From: Phoronis australis
Lineage: Eukaryota > Animalia > Phoronida
Length of the DNA: 64,000 bases
Assembly (NCBI GenBank): GCA_002633005.1
Contig: NMRA01000015.1
Span: forward strand, 132,054-196,053
Direction of reading: 5' to 3'
Shown: positions 1 to 13,285 of the stretch, piece after piece
How positions within the stretch are numbered: position 1 is the first letter of the stretch
Layout: each line of letters starts with the position of its first letter
Position numbers and translations under genes: made by a program
The notes under the pieces: model-generated
Databases searched by the model: none
Told to the model about the DNA's origin: nothing
Seen by the model: the letters and a program-made list of their open reading frames with translations, nothing else

Positions 1-172
1 CATTGTTTTCATAATCAAGACACACGCCATTGTTTTCATAATCTAGACACACACCACTGTTTTCATAATCTAAACACACGTCATTGTTTTCATAATCTAG
101 ACACACGCCATTGTGTTCATAATTCAGACACACACCTTTATTTCATAATCATTAAGACACACACCTTTGTTT
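1..172. repeat. Minisatellite, ~27-28 bp unit CATTGTTTTCATAATCTAGACACACGC
   Basis: About 6 visible copies running off the window start. Confidence 0.9.
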
Positions 173-602
173 TCAAAATGAAAACTGAATAGATAGTTTC
201 TGACTGATATGTCAATGAATTACCAGCTGCAATCAAGTGTTACCAAAATAAGATAATTGTTGCAGCACATGCATCAAAGAAAGCAAAAACTCAACTGAAA
301 ATCTTTGCATCATCTCAGCACTTCAAAGACTATTGATGGACAGTTATGAAGACATTTTTCTGTCATCCATCAATTTTGATGGCACATATATGAAGTATAG
401 AATGACATTTAATGTTCAAGGAAAAAATGCACTTTGCCAAGACAGAGAGCATTGATCTGTAACAAAAAGCGTGTTAGCAACTGACTTTTTCCTTTGATTC
501 TCCAATAATCCAACCAAACAAAGAAATTAATGTTGCAACAGCGATATATGCAGAAAAGAGTCAATTACGAAATATGTTCATTCCACACTAATAAATATAT
601 GA

Positions 603-855
603 ACAGACAGTTCTAACTATGCTGGTTGTATCTGTCTGCTAGACTGTTCTACGAAGTATGCTGGTTGAATCTGAACAGACCATTCTATGATGGTTGTATC
701 TGTATACACTGTTCTACGCTGGTTGTATCTGTATAGACTAGTCTACGCTGGTTGTATCTGTAATGTATAGACCGTTCTAACTATGAAGGTTGCATCTGTA
801 TGGATCATTCTATGTCGGTTCCGTCTGTATAGACCGTTCTTACTATGCTGGTTGA
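603..855. repeat. Degenerate minisatellite, ~26-31 bp unit CTATGCTGGTTGTATCTGTATAGACCGTT
   Basis: About 8 imperfect copies. Confidence 0.85.
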
Positions 856-1306
856 TGACAATGTTCCTTTGTGGACTGATTTCTGCTGCACTTTTGTAGG
901 TTTACCTTATATTGAACTTGACTACATTTCTGACTCATTTCTGAAAATTTCATTCATCATATGATCGTCATCATTGTCACCATCACCGCCACCGTCACCG
1001 CCACCATCATCATCACCTTCATTTATCATTCAATGTCAGAAGATGTCGCTCTCCAGATGACCCTTCAATGCATTCTCGCCTTCTCTTCAAGCGTATATGT
1101 TGTATGAGACTCGAGTCTCTCAGTGTCAGAATTTAGATATTCCCTGGTACGGATTTTCAAAAGGCGAACAATTTCGCCTACATAACTAGAGCCACATCCA
1201 GCACAGATAAATTTGTACACTACTGTAGACCCAAAGGAAATTTGTCTTTAGGGTTAAATAAATTTAAAGACAGTTTTAGAGACTTCAATGTTGATACAAC
1301 TCTTAA

Positions 1307-2695
1307 GGTTATCTCAAACCTTGTTTAATGGCCTCATTCTAACTAGTATATCAAAAAAACTAAGCTGTGTCAACTAGTATATGTACATATTTTCTGAAAG
1401 AAAAAAGATCAGGCAATATAAAAATGTTTGGTATTTATGTACCATTATTATTATTACGTTAACACTTTTCAAGTCAAATTTTTGTTTTTAAGAAAGGTAC
1501 ATTCATAGCAAAATAACCCCACAGTCGCTTTCAATGAAACCTTTTTTAAATGAAAACTTTACCAGTTACCTCAAAAATGCTATTAGGAATTTTTGATTAG
1601 TCCTTTCGTTTGGTTTCTATGACAAATCAAATCGCAAAACGTAAGGAATTTTTGTAAAAAACAGAAGTCATATCCGTCTGTTACATTAGACCAAAACTAG
1701 GCCATTATATCGAAAATCCTAGCAGCGATTTTGAGATTGATGAATAAATATTAAGTTAAGAAAGTTTCAGCGACGGAATTCCACCAAGCCAACTCATGTT
1801 TCTAAGTTCAAATAAAGTTGATTGGCCGAAGCCGTGAAAAAGTCGATTAAACTGGGACAAGTGAAAATCTCAAAGTCTTCAGTTAATTATTTGGTGAAAA
1901 CTTGTTTTCCGTAAATATAACCTGTACATGCTTTAACCATGTTAGCTATTTCAACATTCACTCGCAATGTTAATTGAATTTGCAGTGCATAATTAATCTA
2001 ATTATCATTAAAACGTACCATCTCCAGCCACGATCGTTTGACCAACCGTTACTGTAGGTCACAGTTCATTGTTATTAATTAACATAGTCTGTACACATCA
2101 TGTGCCGGTAGACTGATACGAAACCAAGCAAGAAAAGGATAACAAAAATCGAGTCGGTGGTTAAAGCATGTCGTTAGCATGAATCGAAATAGCGAAATGT
2201 CAATTTACTAAGTTATTGAATTAAGGAATTTGGGTGAGGATTTATCTCTCTTCACAACTTGCTGTGTTCATGAACACAGAGGCATGAGGTGATTCGTATA
2301 GCATTCGTTCTCAATGGTCGTATACACACAACTCCCTCAGGATCAAAACTACGTTTTGTCTTTATTTTCTCCGTTCTATCATAAGTTCACCTCGTTGACT
2401 CAATATTATGGCGACTCGGTGAAAGAAAGGATGGAGGGTACATACGAAGCTGCTCTGCACCTGACGGGAGATTCGATTTGAGTGACAGCCCTGTAACCTT
2501 TGACCTCGAATAAGTAGTAAACAGATATCCACATGGTTGTGTGGTTCCAAGGTGGTTGTGCTAAATCTTTTTTCTCGCTACACGGTATATATTGTGTATT
2601 TCAAGTTCCCCGAGAATGAAGATAAGGTATTTTGCTAGACACATGTGAAATACTGTAAAAATGGCCATTTTTTGTGGATAAGGTTTGAGATATCC
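1307..2695. mobile_element. Non-autonomous Kolobok-like DNA transposon
   Basis: TTAA|GGTTATCTCAAACCTT ... AAGGTTTGAGATATCC|TTAA: 16-bp TIR (1 mismatch), TTAA TSD, GG..CC termini. The right part is homologous to 61120-61603. Confidence 0.82.
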
Positions 2696-3158
2696 TTAAG
2701 TTAACACAGTAATAATTCACCAATTTGTTGAGTTTTCGTTGAGCAATCTAGGCATAAAAACCAACACAGGATATTTTAAAATACTAAGTTAACTTGTAGT
2801 TAAGTTTTGTCTACAAGATGAATATCATCAGGATTATGTTGCACTTTTTGCTGCAATGTAACCCTGACCTAATCCTGTTCACATTAGCAGAGCTCCAATC
2901 ATTGTTATGAGCAATGCTCTTTCAATGACTTAGCTATAATAGACCAAGCAGAAGAGCTGAAAATTCGTGCAAGCCCAGTCTCAATAGGCAACTGGCACAC
3001 CACAGGTTGTCATTGTTAATCTAGTCTTAACTAATGCCCACTCTTCATTTTTATGACTGACAAAAAGCTAGAATAGTTATGTAGTCAGTGAAACCGAAAT
3101 TGTCTAGAGATTCCAAATCTTCAGTTTGGCCATCACCATATTTGCACTTTTGTATGTA

Positions 3159-5544
3159 CCGTAAATGTTCGGGTTAACGCCCATGCTCAATTAACCGCCC
3201 ACGCCCTACTTTAGGTGGATTTTCAATTTAACTGCTCACTGCTCGGTTAACCGCACCTCTGTAATTTTTGAAGATTTCCAGTTAAGCGCCCACCTCTCAG
3301 TTAAGCGCTCTTCCCCGACTTTTTAAGATTGAAGATTTAGCGCCCAGTGTTAGGAAATGCGCGATTCCCGACTTTTAGATACAGATGATAATCACAACGA
3401 GGGCAACGATGCTGGGCCTCCAGGACGGTAGTTTGGCATTGTGAATTACAACACAAATAACGAATTATTGTCCCGAGTCATCGACTTACTTCAAAATATT
3501 ATACTTGAACGTTTTTGTCATTTTATTTTCTTCCCATGTTTGCAAACTTTAAGAACCCCACCGGCGTCAATACCTCCGCTTTCAGCGACGCTGTCTGCTA
3601 CGCTGAGTTTCCGTCTGCAGTGCACTAGATATAACATATATTCGAAATAATCGGGCCAAAGAAACGTGACAATGGTTTTGCCAACCCTCAAATTCTCTAT
3701 AGATAGGAAGCTCTCGTATTTTGAAAAATTAATTCCCATAACTCATGGAAAGATGTCAAATACTCCCTGCCAGGTTATCGAGGATGTGTGGCGACCAAAG
3801 GGACAGTGTGCCTCACTGGGTTACCGATTTGCTGCCTCTCGATTTCTGAGTTCAAAGGTTGGCAATACTTTACTCAACTGTATGTTTGTGTATCATCTTG
3901 AAGTAATAAAAAACTTCTAGTCAAATTTTGTTTTTTGCTCATTGCATCTCAGTCAAACTGGCATTAGCAGATTTAACTAATGTTGCTGGCTGTTCTTTAC
4001 TACGATTTCTTGCGTCAACCCCCGCCTGACTGTGAGAATTATTGCTTCCATATTCCCTTTTTAGCCATCCAGAATAATTTTTGTTTCTACATTGGCCAGT
4101 TTCAGCCTGAACAAAATTCTTACCATTCGAGCCTGAAATATCTACAATGCAGACTGACTGAAAATTGGCAATAGTTGATAGGAGGTGCACGCAGCTAGCT
4201 ACGGGCATGACACAATCGGGCCTAGGGAACATCGAGTGGGAAAATATCGAAGTAGACTTGACATCGCAATTTTGGGGGACATTGAAACGGAGGAATATCG
4301 TAAAGCACTGGGTCTTTCCTAACAACAGCTTAAAAGCACAGCGTCACACCGGTTTCTTTTTCTCAGGACTGTTGCTATTCTCTTTTGATGTGTAAATTTG
4401 TAGTGGTGCACATGCTTAAGTTCCCACACTGAGTGCATGTTACCTTGACACCAATACGTGATTGATAGGTTACTCATACCTAGGCCCTGTGTGCATGCTG
4501 AATGCCGTCGCTATCTTTGGCCATTAAAAACGAGACGCATATTGAAAGAAGCCGTTATGTTACTTGACGGCCTTTCCAAGTCAAGATTGCCTGCCGGGAC
4601 ATTGCACGCAAACAGCGGGACCGACCAGTGACGCAGTGCGATAGTTTAGGTGCTAATATAATAGGATATAATCAGGACATCTTGCATGTAAAATAAATGC
4701 GTTTACCACCACAAAGTTGGGTAAGGTGGTCGTTTAAGAATGAATTGAAACATCGCTGTTTTGTGACGTTTTATCACATATTTATGCCGTGGTTCGAACT
4801 TTTTTTTCATGATTGACGACTGGCTCATGTACGCTTATTCCCCCCGATTCTTGTCTTACTTCTTTGCCGAGCATGTTTCACACAACGGGAAGTGAAAATG
4901 TTATTGAGTCACAGCCGGAGTATTGACTATAGACATCTCAATCACAAAAAACACCTGAATTAGTTTTTCAAACGTTATTACAACTAACTGCTTCTGAATT
5001 AGAACTTGAAAGCTAGCATGGGACTGTAACCTTGATGTCAGCTGTGACCTCTGCAACACGTGAAGCTTGCATGCGTGCACTTTTGCAGTGTCACCGCTTG
5101 CAATCCAAGTGGAGCACTGCATGGTCACTGGTTGTCTGCGCACTACAGTTCAAACAAACTAACAAGACCGCACGATGGCACGGGTCTATTACTCAGCAAT
5201 TTTTTAAATTTAATTGTGAATGACTAATCCGAGGACAACAGAACCTTTGTTGAGATCATCTGCTGTTGTGAAGTTTTTACTGTCATTTGGCGATGTGATG
5301 ATAAAGCTCTTTGAAAAGTGCTACACGTTCAGAGCACGTGTGTCGTGTGGGTAGTTAGATCACGAGGTAAGATTAACCGCCCAGGGCGGTTGTCTGTCGT
5401 AATAAGTGCCCACGTTCAGTTAACCACCCACCCTGGGTTTCATGAAATTTCACTTTTAAGTGCTTATGTCTGGTTAACCGCACACCCCTGATTTTTTGGG
5501 TTTGCCAATTTAACTGCCCAGGGCGTTAACCCGAATGTTTAGGG
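3159..5544. mobile_element. Non-autonomous Tc1/mariner (pogo-like) element
   Basis: TA|CCGTAAATGTTCGGGTTAACGCCC ... GGGCGTTAACCCGAATGTTTAGGG|TA; subterminal TTAACCGCCCAC-like motifs clustered at both ends; no recognisable transposase. Confidence 0.82.
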
Positions 5545-6329
5545 TATGTTATGATTGAGTTCTAATAAAGATTAAGCTTGAACTAATGACACAGACAGTT
5601 TTGTTTGCTGTGAAATGTTTAGTGTAGCTGTAATCTGGAAAGTTCAGGGATGGCTTCACAATTAACTAAACTAATTAAAATCAAAATCTACCACTGTTTT
5701 GGTACTTCAAGTTTAAAAATAAAAAGATATCAACCCGTTCCCGGTTAGAAAAAAACAAGAAGACAAGAGTATTAAATATAAAATAATGAAACTAAGTATG
5801 AAACCTATTTTAAACCTTTGTTCCTTTGGGAAGTGGCCCTCGATCAAGATAAATACAAATTGACTGTAATACTTAAAATGTACCAAATTAAAACTACTCT
5901 CCACAGTTACAGGCTATAACTCTGTCCAAATGCCAGAGAAAACCAATTTGGGTATAATAACCACCATTGTTGAGACAGTAGTGCTAGCAATTACCTTTCC
6001 ACTTCATTACCTCAGATCTACATCAATACAAAAAGTGAGCTGAATAGGCATCATAAAAGTTGTCTGGAGCTAAGGGAATCTGAGCAGTGAACATAAGTAA
6101 TAGAGAAATTCTCCACATGTATTATTCTTATCATCATGTTCCTCATGGCCACCGTCGTTGTCGTCGTCGTCATCACCCTCTCCATTCCCATTTAAATTTT
6201 CATTCAATTTTGCTTAGTGATGCTCTTCCCAAGTGCTTTGAATTTACATATTCGTGGATTTAAAGTGGTTTAGCCACTTTAATAGTCTCCTTCACAAAAC
6301 CAAATATCCTGTAATAGAAAAGCACTTAC

Positions 6330-6543
6330 TGTTCGCCTCCTTCAAACATGTCAAAGTCCAGAAACGTCAGTCGAATCCTCTGTCCAGGTATACCTGACAG
6401 CTTGTAATAGCAGAACACATTATCAGGGTAGACGCCAGGGTATGTGGGGGCTATGATGGTACCGTTGGACCGTGATACGCTGTTGATGGTATAACCACAC
6501 ACATCTTGACTAAGGGGCTCTGGAGTTCCCATGTTGTACATGT
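6330..6543 (-). CDS. CUB domain 2, N-terminal half
   Basis: tttgtag|AC...GAACA|gtaagt; CGYTI...GTIIAPTYPGVYPDNVFCYY...GQRIRLTFLDFDM; 214 nt, phase 1 to 2. Confidence 0.94.
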
Positions 6544-8553
6544 CTACAAAGTATGTAAGCAAGCAACATATAGCTTACTACCTGTGTAGTAGCACCATGC
6601 ATGCAGAGTCAAAAATAAGGGCAACTTTAAAGTAAAACATAATGAGGACATCACAAACTCAAAGAAAACTATAAGGGATAACTCGCTTCATTTTAGAACA
6701 AATTAAATTATTTCTTCTGCTAGCCATAAAATCACAACACTCATCTTTAAAACAAATGCATAATTATCCCAAAACTGCACAATAAAATCTCACTAATTAA
6801 GAACAAAATACGGCGGACGAGTGAAATTTTATTTTTTGAATTTTTCGACGAAAGATATCCAACAAAAATTGTGCTTTTACATGTTCAAGGTACCAGATAA
6901 TATTTTAAAAATTGCGGACATTCACAACAATCACATTACATAACTTTGAAAATGAAAAAAATGGGTATTTTCATAATCATTTTCATCCAATTGGTGAGAT
7001 TTTACCACAGACAAAATTTTAATTGTTTAAATTTAAGCACATGCCACTTCAATAAACAAATAAATTCTACTGGTCACACATAGTTGTTTGCCCCGAGTTG
7101 CTAGCACACTACACCTTTTAAAAGCAAATCCATTTCACATCATCAGCATCTTGATAACAGGCAGAGATGAATGAAACACTTTACAAAGATCAATCAGCAC
7201 GCTAAGCAAAAAACCCACACTGCCTTAGGCGCATTTCAACTGGCTTGAAAGTATTCTATATAATGTACGAGACAATGAGCCAATGTCTTCCTAATCCACT
7301 AAAAGGGTTATCTGGCTTCCAACTCAGAATGTCACCGAATGTTAATGAGAACATTTTTCTATTATTGAACCTGTTTTACCATTTAAAATTCTGTCTCATT
7401 GCAATAACAGAAAAATTATATTTTAATGCATTTTGCTATGATAGCTAAATATTGAAGCTGATCAATAAAACAACAATTTAAGGACTGAATATTGGCTCCA
7501 TTGCCATCTGAAAAAATACCTTAATAGCAAAATTCCCCTCATCAGACCCAAACATCACCTCCAATAATCAAAAACTTTAGTCATTAAGTCGCACAGTCCC
7601 TACTATTAGGTAAGCAAGGGCCGTGACTGACAGGAAGCTCACAAACAACGCTGTCCTGGAATACCCGGATCTCTATTTATTACTGGACTCCAAAATGATA
7701 GCCATAATTCGCATGGCTTTAATGATGGTATTAATCTGTATTTGACCAATCAATAAACAGCAATTTGCTGTTCTTGAGATGTTGCAGATCAAAATGATGA
7801 TGTGGCCAAATCAAAAGATCAGTGAGCCAATTTGCATACATTGGAATAGAAGTACATGCTGGGAGGCTTTAATGTAGTTCGATCATATATTGGGGTGGAA
7901 CCCTTTGTTTTAGATCATTACATGGTGGGTTAGTGTTCCTAATTACACAAAGACCCACTGGATATCATTGATAGGTTCAACACGGCAATGCCGCTAACAG
8001 GTTTTATTCCACTTTGAGGTTTGCAATATCCACTTGACCTGCCAAATCAGCACTGTGTGGGATTTAACTAATGTTTTTCAAATTTCCTTCAACTTACAGT
8101 CAAACATTCAGTAAACTGTCATATGTAATGTCAAACATTCAGTAAACTGCCATATGTTGCGTTAACCACTGAGAATAGAAAACATATAGACCTCATTTAC
8201 GCCGACAGGAGGCGCGTTCCAAAACGAGGCTCGCTACGATATCTCTGTTGGCTTATCGGTATACTGGTTGTATTCCGCGTTGCTCTAACAGTTAGAAAAA
8301 ATACGGACACTCAACTGTCTGTTTCACAATCCCTGAGGACGTTGAGAATCGGAACCGTTGTGTCGTTGTCATACGCGTGACGAAGGAAAATATGTCCGTG
8401 TAAAATTTATAAATGTTTTCGGAAAGTTAGATGATATTTTGTCGCATCTCGGTTGCCGAGCGTCATAGCAACGACCGAAGAATCTTCGATCAGCCACGCT
8501 GTGTTTTCATGACTACGAGTTGAAAGATGATGCATGTTTCTTTCCAAAAAAGA

Positions 8554-8847
8554 CAGGGCCCTCAATCCCTCGATTTTGGGGCCGAATATCAGCCCTATTC
8601 CCCTCTCAAAAATCTTGAAAAATCCTCCGAAATTCCCCCCCTCCCCCCGAGGCGCTAAAAATTCCCCTAGTGATTAAAAAGTTCTCTCCGAAGTTTTGTA
8701 TCCACACAGGTGACTATTTGAAAGAGCACAGGGCGGGTGTGCTATTGATGATGATCGGGAGGTAGATTTTTTCCCTCACTCGGCGAAAAAATGCCCCTCT
8801 CATGAATTCAGACAAGCACCTTTCCCCAGATGAACGAGGCTGCCCTG
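8554..8847. mobile_element. Small hAT-like MITE (CAGGGC..GCCCTG), nested
   Basis: Short terminal inverted repeat and internal AAATTCCCC-type motifs; TSD not clear. Confidence 0.45.
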
Positions 8848-9008
8848 AAGAAACGTTTGCTGTGTCAGTGTGCAGTTAACTGAAATTGAGCTAAAAAACA
8901 AGGTAATGCTTTGGACAAATGAGTTAGGTGTTTTAATTTTAAAATTGAACTTGGTCCAGATTGATATTTGAAGGCTAACGCATGAAATAGACGTATATAA
9001 GAATTATT

Positions 9009-10110
9009 ACAAGAGCAACGCGGAGCGTTGAAATGCGTCCAAGAATGTATCGCAAATGGTGTGCTTTTAGGGTTATTTGTATCATAAAAATGGCCACTAG
9101 ATAGCGCAAAAACATACAATCCATCCAAAAATGGGAACATGCCATATTTCATAAAAATCTGTCAAGGAACTTCAGAGAAACAAAGGAAAACAGAACAAAA
9201 TGAAATTGCCACTTGTGGGCACAGCGTCCGTTCCATCCGCCTGAGTCGTCGTCTGTTATCTTCAGATAAATTTACTTACTAAATTTAATAAAGATCCTGT
9301 AGTGGGTTTTGAAGATACAGCTGTGGGCGCAAAACAAAACAAAACTACCACTAGGAGGCGCCGCAGTAGTCAGTCACCATCATCAAACATCCTCTTCACA
9401 GTGAAACACGTATGCCAATTTTCAAAACCATACCTAGAATGATTTGGTTGATGGAGGGGTGGACGTCAAAAACAAGATTTGAAAACAGCAAAAATGGCCA
9501 CCAGGTGGTGCAAAATACCTTGAATCCATCCAAAAACAGGATGATAAGTGTCATCTCACCAATAGATGCCTATAATCAAAATTTTATGAAAATCTGTGGA
9601 GGACCTTTGAAGATACAGACTGGTAAACATAAAAAAAGAAAATCATCGTCAGCCGTCCACTTTATAGTAAGAACATACATGCCAATTTTCACAATCATCC
9701 TTTGAGCGGTTTGGTTGGTAGAGGGGTGGACGCAAAGAAACAGAATCAAAAACAGTAAAAATGGCCACTAGGCGGCGCAAACTAAGTCAAATCCATACGA
9801 AAACAGGAGGATAGCGTCATCTCCCTAACAGGTGCCTATATACCAAATTTTATGAAAATCCATTCAGGACTTTTGAAGATACAGAGGTAAATGTAAAAAA
9901 CTAAAATTGCCACTAGGGGGCACACCGATAGTTGGATCCATCCGAAAATTCGCTCATGCCGTCCCATCCACAGAAGGAACACGTGCAAAATTTCATGAAC
10001 ATACGTTAAGGCGTTTTGGAGATAGAGCAGCGAACGCCGGATGCCAGACGGACGGACGCAATACGGAGATGACGGCATAATGCGTCCACATATAATATGT
10101 GGGCGCATAA
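9009..10110. mobile_element. Helentron-associated (HINE/DINE-1-like) element with internal tandem repeats
   Basis: Starts ACAAG with AATGCGTCC near the start; internal repeats of AAAATGGCCACTAG and CCAAATTTCATGAAAATC; ACGG microsatellite; terminal hairpin ATGCGTCCACATAT-ATATGTGGGCGCAT followed by an A-run. Confidence 0.78.
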
Positions 10111-12358
10111 AAACCAAGAAAACAGAATTGATGGTCAAATAATTACTTGTGAATGTGTGCAAGGGAGTGAATGAGAACCTGGATATAATGCAAAAGCGAT
10201 TTCTGAGGCTGTGCTCATTTTTTATATTTTTTCAAAATTTAAAAAATTGTCAAATAATTTCAATTTTCAATTACCAGCCTGGTTTTTTATTTTAATAAAA
10301 AATATATTTAATAACATCAGTTATTTTTTCAGATCAATGACAAATCACTTGTCAGTCCCGGTAGTCCCTAGCTCACCAGGAAATAGGCTATATGCTTGAT
10401 GTTAATACTTTAGATCAACAAATTAAACCAGATATGACTAATTGCACACGACAGCAAAATGCGATGAGCCACCATTGTCGAATATATCTTCAACTCGTCA
10501 ACAATACAAGCAGATGACCTGGTTAGTGTAGAAAGCATTTTTATCAACAATTTACAAGAAGAAACGTAACCCTGCATTTAGCATAATACCTAATCCGTAA
10601 CACTACCGTGACGATCGCCGCAGTCTGGTCATATTTACTTTTCATGTTTCGAACCTAGTTTTCCGAAAAAAAACTTATACTCTTTCGTCAGACAACTCTT
10701 TGGTGCATTGACTTGTTCTCTAATGTATTTTTCTACGTCTCTGTGGTTAATTATCGACACATTTTTAAGATTTCATATCCAGGTTGGATTCGAAAGACCG
10801 GCCATTTAACTCACGCAATGAAAATTTCCGCTTTATTTATCGCAGTGAGCCTCGCTTTGGATTTTAATGTCTGCCGCGTGAGTTAGGTCTATAGCGTAAC
10901 AAATTGGAACCTCTTCTACATTAAAACTGTGTCCCCAAAAAACGTTTAACGTTAAAAGACAGTGAGTTTCAACGTTTTTTTTTCGAGGCAAATGATTGGA
11001 GCTTATTATAAGTTCTTACATTTTGTAAAGACACAATTATTAGACCAGTCATTTACATGTCAACCATGAAATGAAAAAAGATTATTGCAACATTTTTTAA
11101 AATACACACTTTTGCACCACATACAGTTTCCTCGAAAGTTACCGTGTACACAATGTTTTTACATGAAAGTAACCCCGTACATACTGACTGCATTGGACAA
11201 TAAAACAAAGAACAGTTAGAACAACAAACAAAAAAATAATTTCAAATTCTCTACACAAAAACGAACTGCCAATTTTTTAATGCCTATGTTTTCAAAGACT
11301 GTAAATTATTTCTTTCTACCTCACCATAATCAAGCTAACAGAATGCATGCGGTTTAATTCAACACAATGTATATGTCAAAATAAATAAGATTCCAAGGCA
11401 ATGGTCATCACAAAACCCTTGGACACATCTTGATATGATTCAAATATATTTTCATATCACACATAGCTCATTTTGTTTGGCTCAGATTACTGGTTTCAGA
11501 TAGCACATTAGTATCATGCAGACACACAAAATTATTGGTGGAAACTAACGTCTTTTTCGTTTCGTAACAATTGCTCTTAGTAGAGTAGGAAATAATGCTT
11601 TTCCTTAACCTACATGTATATCATATGACAGATATCATGTTGAAACAGATAATATCCAACAGGACATTGTAAGCATTAAGTGAAATATGGATTTTTATAA
11701 TTGTTTGTTTGCCAGGGACTTAATAGTCTCTTCAGAATTCATCTCCTTGTGGGACCACGACATGTGAAGCTGTAAAACGGAGATTATAGCAAGGCGTAAA
11801 TTAATTCCGACAACCGCCTTTCCTCAGGAGAAATTCTTCTCAGCATCACACAGTCCAATGAATGGAAGCTAGTTATTCTCTGATTACTCTGGCAAAATCT
11901 GTCTTTTGAAAGAGTAATTCAATTTTGTTGGGATATTAATTACATATACAACTTTGTTATAAGATTTACAGACTACACGCACAATAAACCAGAGCACAAA
12001 ACAATTTCTCTCCTTGTTCTAAGCTGAATCTAGTTTCAAGAGATTACATTCCCAATCTATTTAATTTACTATTTTTACAGGACACAAGTTCCTTAAAGAG
12101 GCAATAAACCCATGTTACATCCAATACACAAACTTTTGCTTTAGAGCACTGGTACCAAGAAAAAGCAGAATATTCAAAATATCCGATAATCAACATCAGC
12201 CGGTGTCTTCGCATCAGGAACACAACCGTCAATTTTATAATGAACCTTTGAGTGGTTTGGAAGACAGAGGCAGACGACAAAAACATACGCTAACATATTT
12301 AAATGGCCTCCAGGTGGTGCAGAAAATATCCAATCTGTCCAAAATTGCTTCCACTCAC

Positions 12359-12579
12359 CATTGGTGACAAAATTAACAAAGCCACGAAAGCCGGTGGCAT
12401 TCTTGCTGGCATCTGTGAAGAAGCCAACAACAAGGAGATTATGCATGGAGACAATGAGGTGGGGTAACCGGTCAAGGAAAGAGCCGCAGAACCGTCCGTA
12501 GACAGGTACATCCAGCAGTTGGTACAGGTCAGATTCCTCATAAAGCTGAGTGTACACATCAATGTAGTCCTTATGGCAC
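12359..12579 (-). CDS. CUB domain 1, C-terminal half
   Basis: ccgtag|G...AATG|gtgagt; CHKDYIDVY...GRFCG...FFTD...GFRG; 221 nt, phase 2 to 1. Confidence 0.94.
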
Positions 12580-13107
12580 CTACGGACACAAAACAATAAC
12601 ATAACATTTGCACTACTGTACCGTTTTCGTTAGTTGCAAAAAAATAATTGTTAAAGTGGTTCGTTTTTAAATTTTTTGAAGGTTGACTGCCATACTCGAG
12701 TATAAAATTAGACAGCTGTCTTCAAGCAAATAATAGAGAAAATGTGAAAACTACAGAAGGATGGAGATTAAATTCAGCTTTAGAGATTGGATTTTGAGTC
12801 CTTCCTCACTCTTCTACGATATGGATTATCAAATGCCTACATTGAAATCTGACCAATTTAGGACAGGTGACATTTACTTTAGTGTGTTGATAAAGAATGG
12901 CAGCATCAAATCAATGCTTTATCTATAATGATAAAGCAGAGATATGATGCAGCACTCATTATCATTCTTTACAATAGCTACCACCAAACAACTTTGAAAA
13001 ATGTGGGCATTCACAAGGATGCAAGTCTATGAAAAATAAAAAGTTATATTTTGGCAATGATTTTTGTCCACAATGCAGGGAGAAAACAATAAACAGCACG
13101 CACCTAC

Positions 13108-13285
13108 CTGGGAGGGATACCTTTGATGTCAATATAGGTGAAATTCAGGTATAACCTCTCGCCTGGTAAACCAATAAACTTGTAGAAGCATATGAGATTT
13201 GACCCATACTCATGTGGGAAGTTGGGTGAGGAAAATGCGTGTACTTTTGGTCCATAAAGTGTGCTACGAACAGTGACATCGCAAC
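13108..13285 (-). CDS. CUB domain 1, N-terminal half (not in ORF track)
   Basis: ctcctag|GT...CCCAG|gtaggt; GCDVTVRS...FSSPNFPHEYGSNLICFYKFIGLPGERLYLNFTYIDIKGIPP; 178 nt, phase 1 to 2. Confidence 0.93.

Larger units (their letters stand above)
8187..10891. mobile_element. TIR element (TAG..CTA termini, flanked by TA) hosting nested insertions
   Basis: Imperfect ~55-bp TIR: TAGACCTCATTTACGCC..CCAAAACGAGGCTCGCTACGATA vs TATCGCAGTGAGCCTCGCTTTGG..GCGTGAGTTAGGTCTA. Confidence 0.7.

Noticed and set aside
906-940. Possible 35-nt minus-strand exon (ttttcag|...AAG|gtaaac) as the next CUB exon
   Set aside because: In the required phase it gives an in-frame TAG and lacks the expected CUB C-x-x-D motif.
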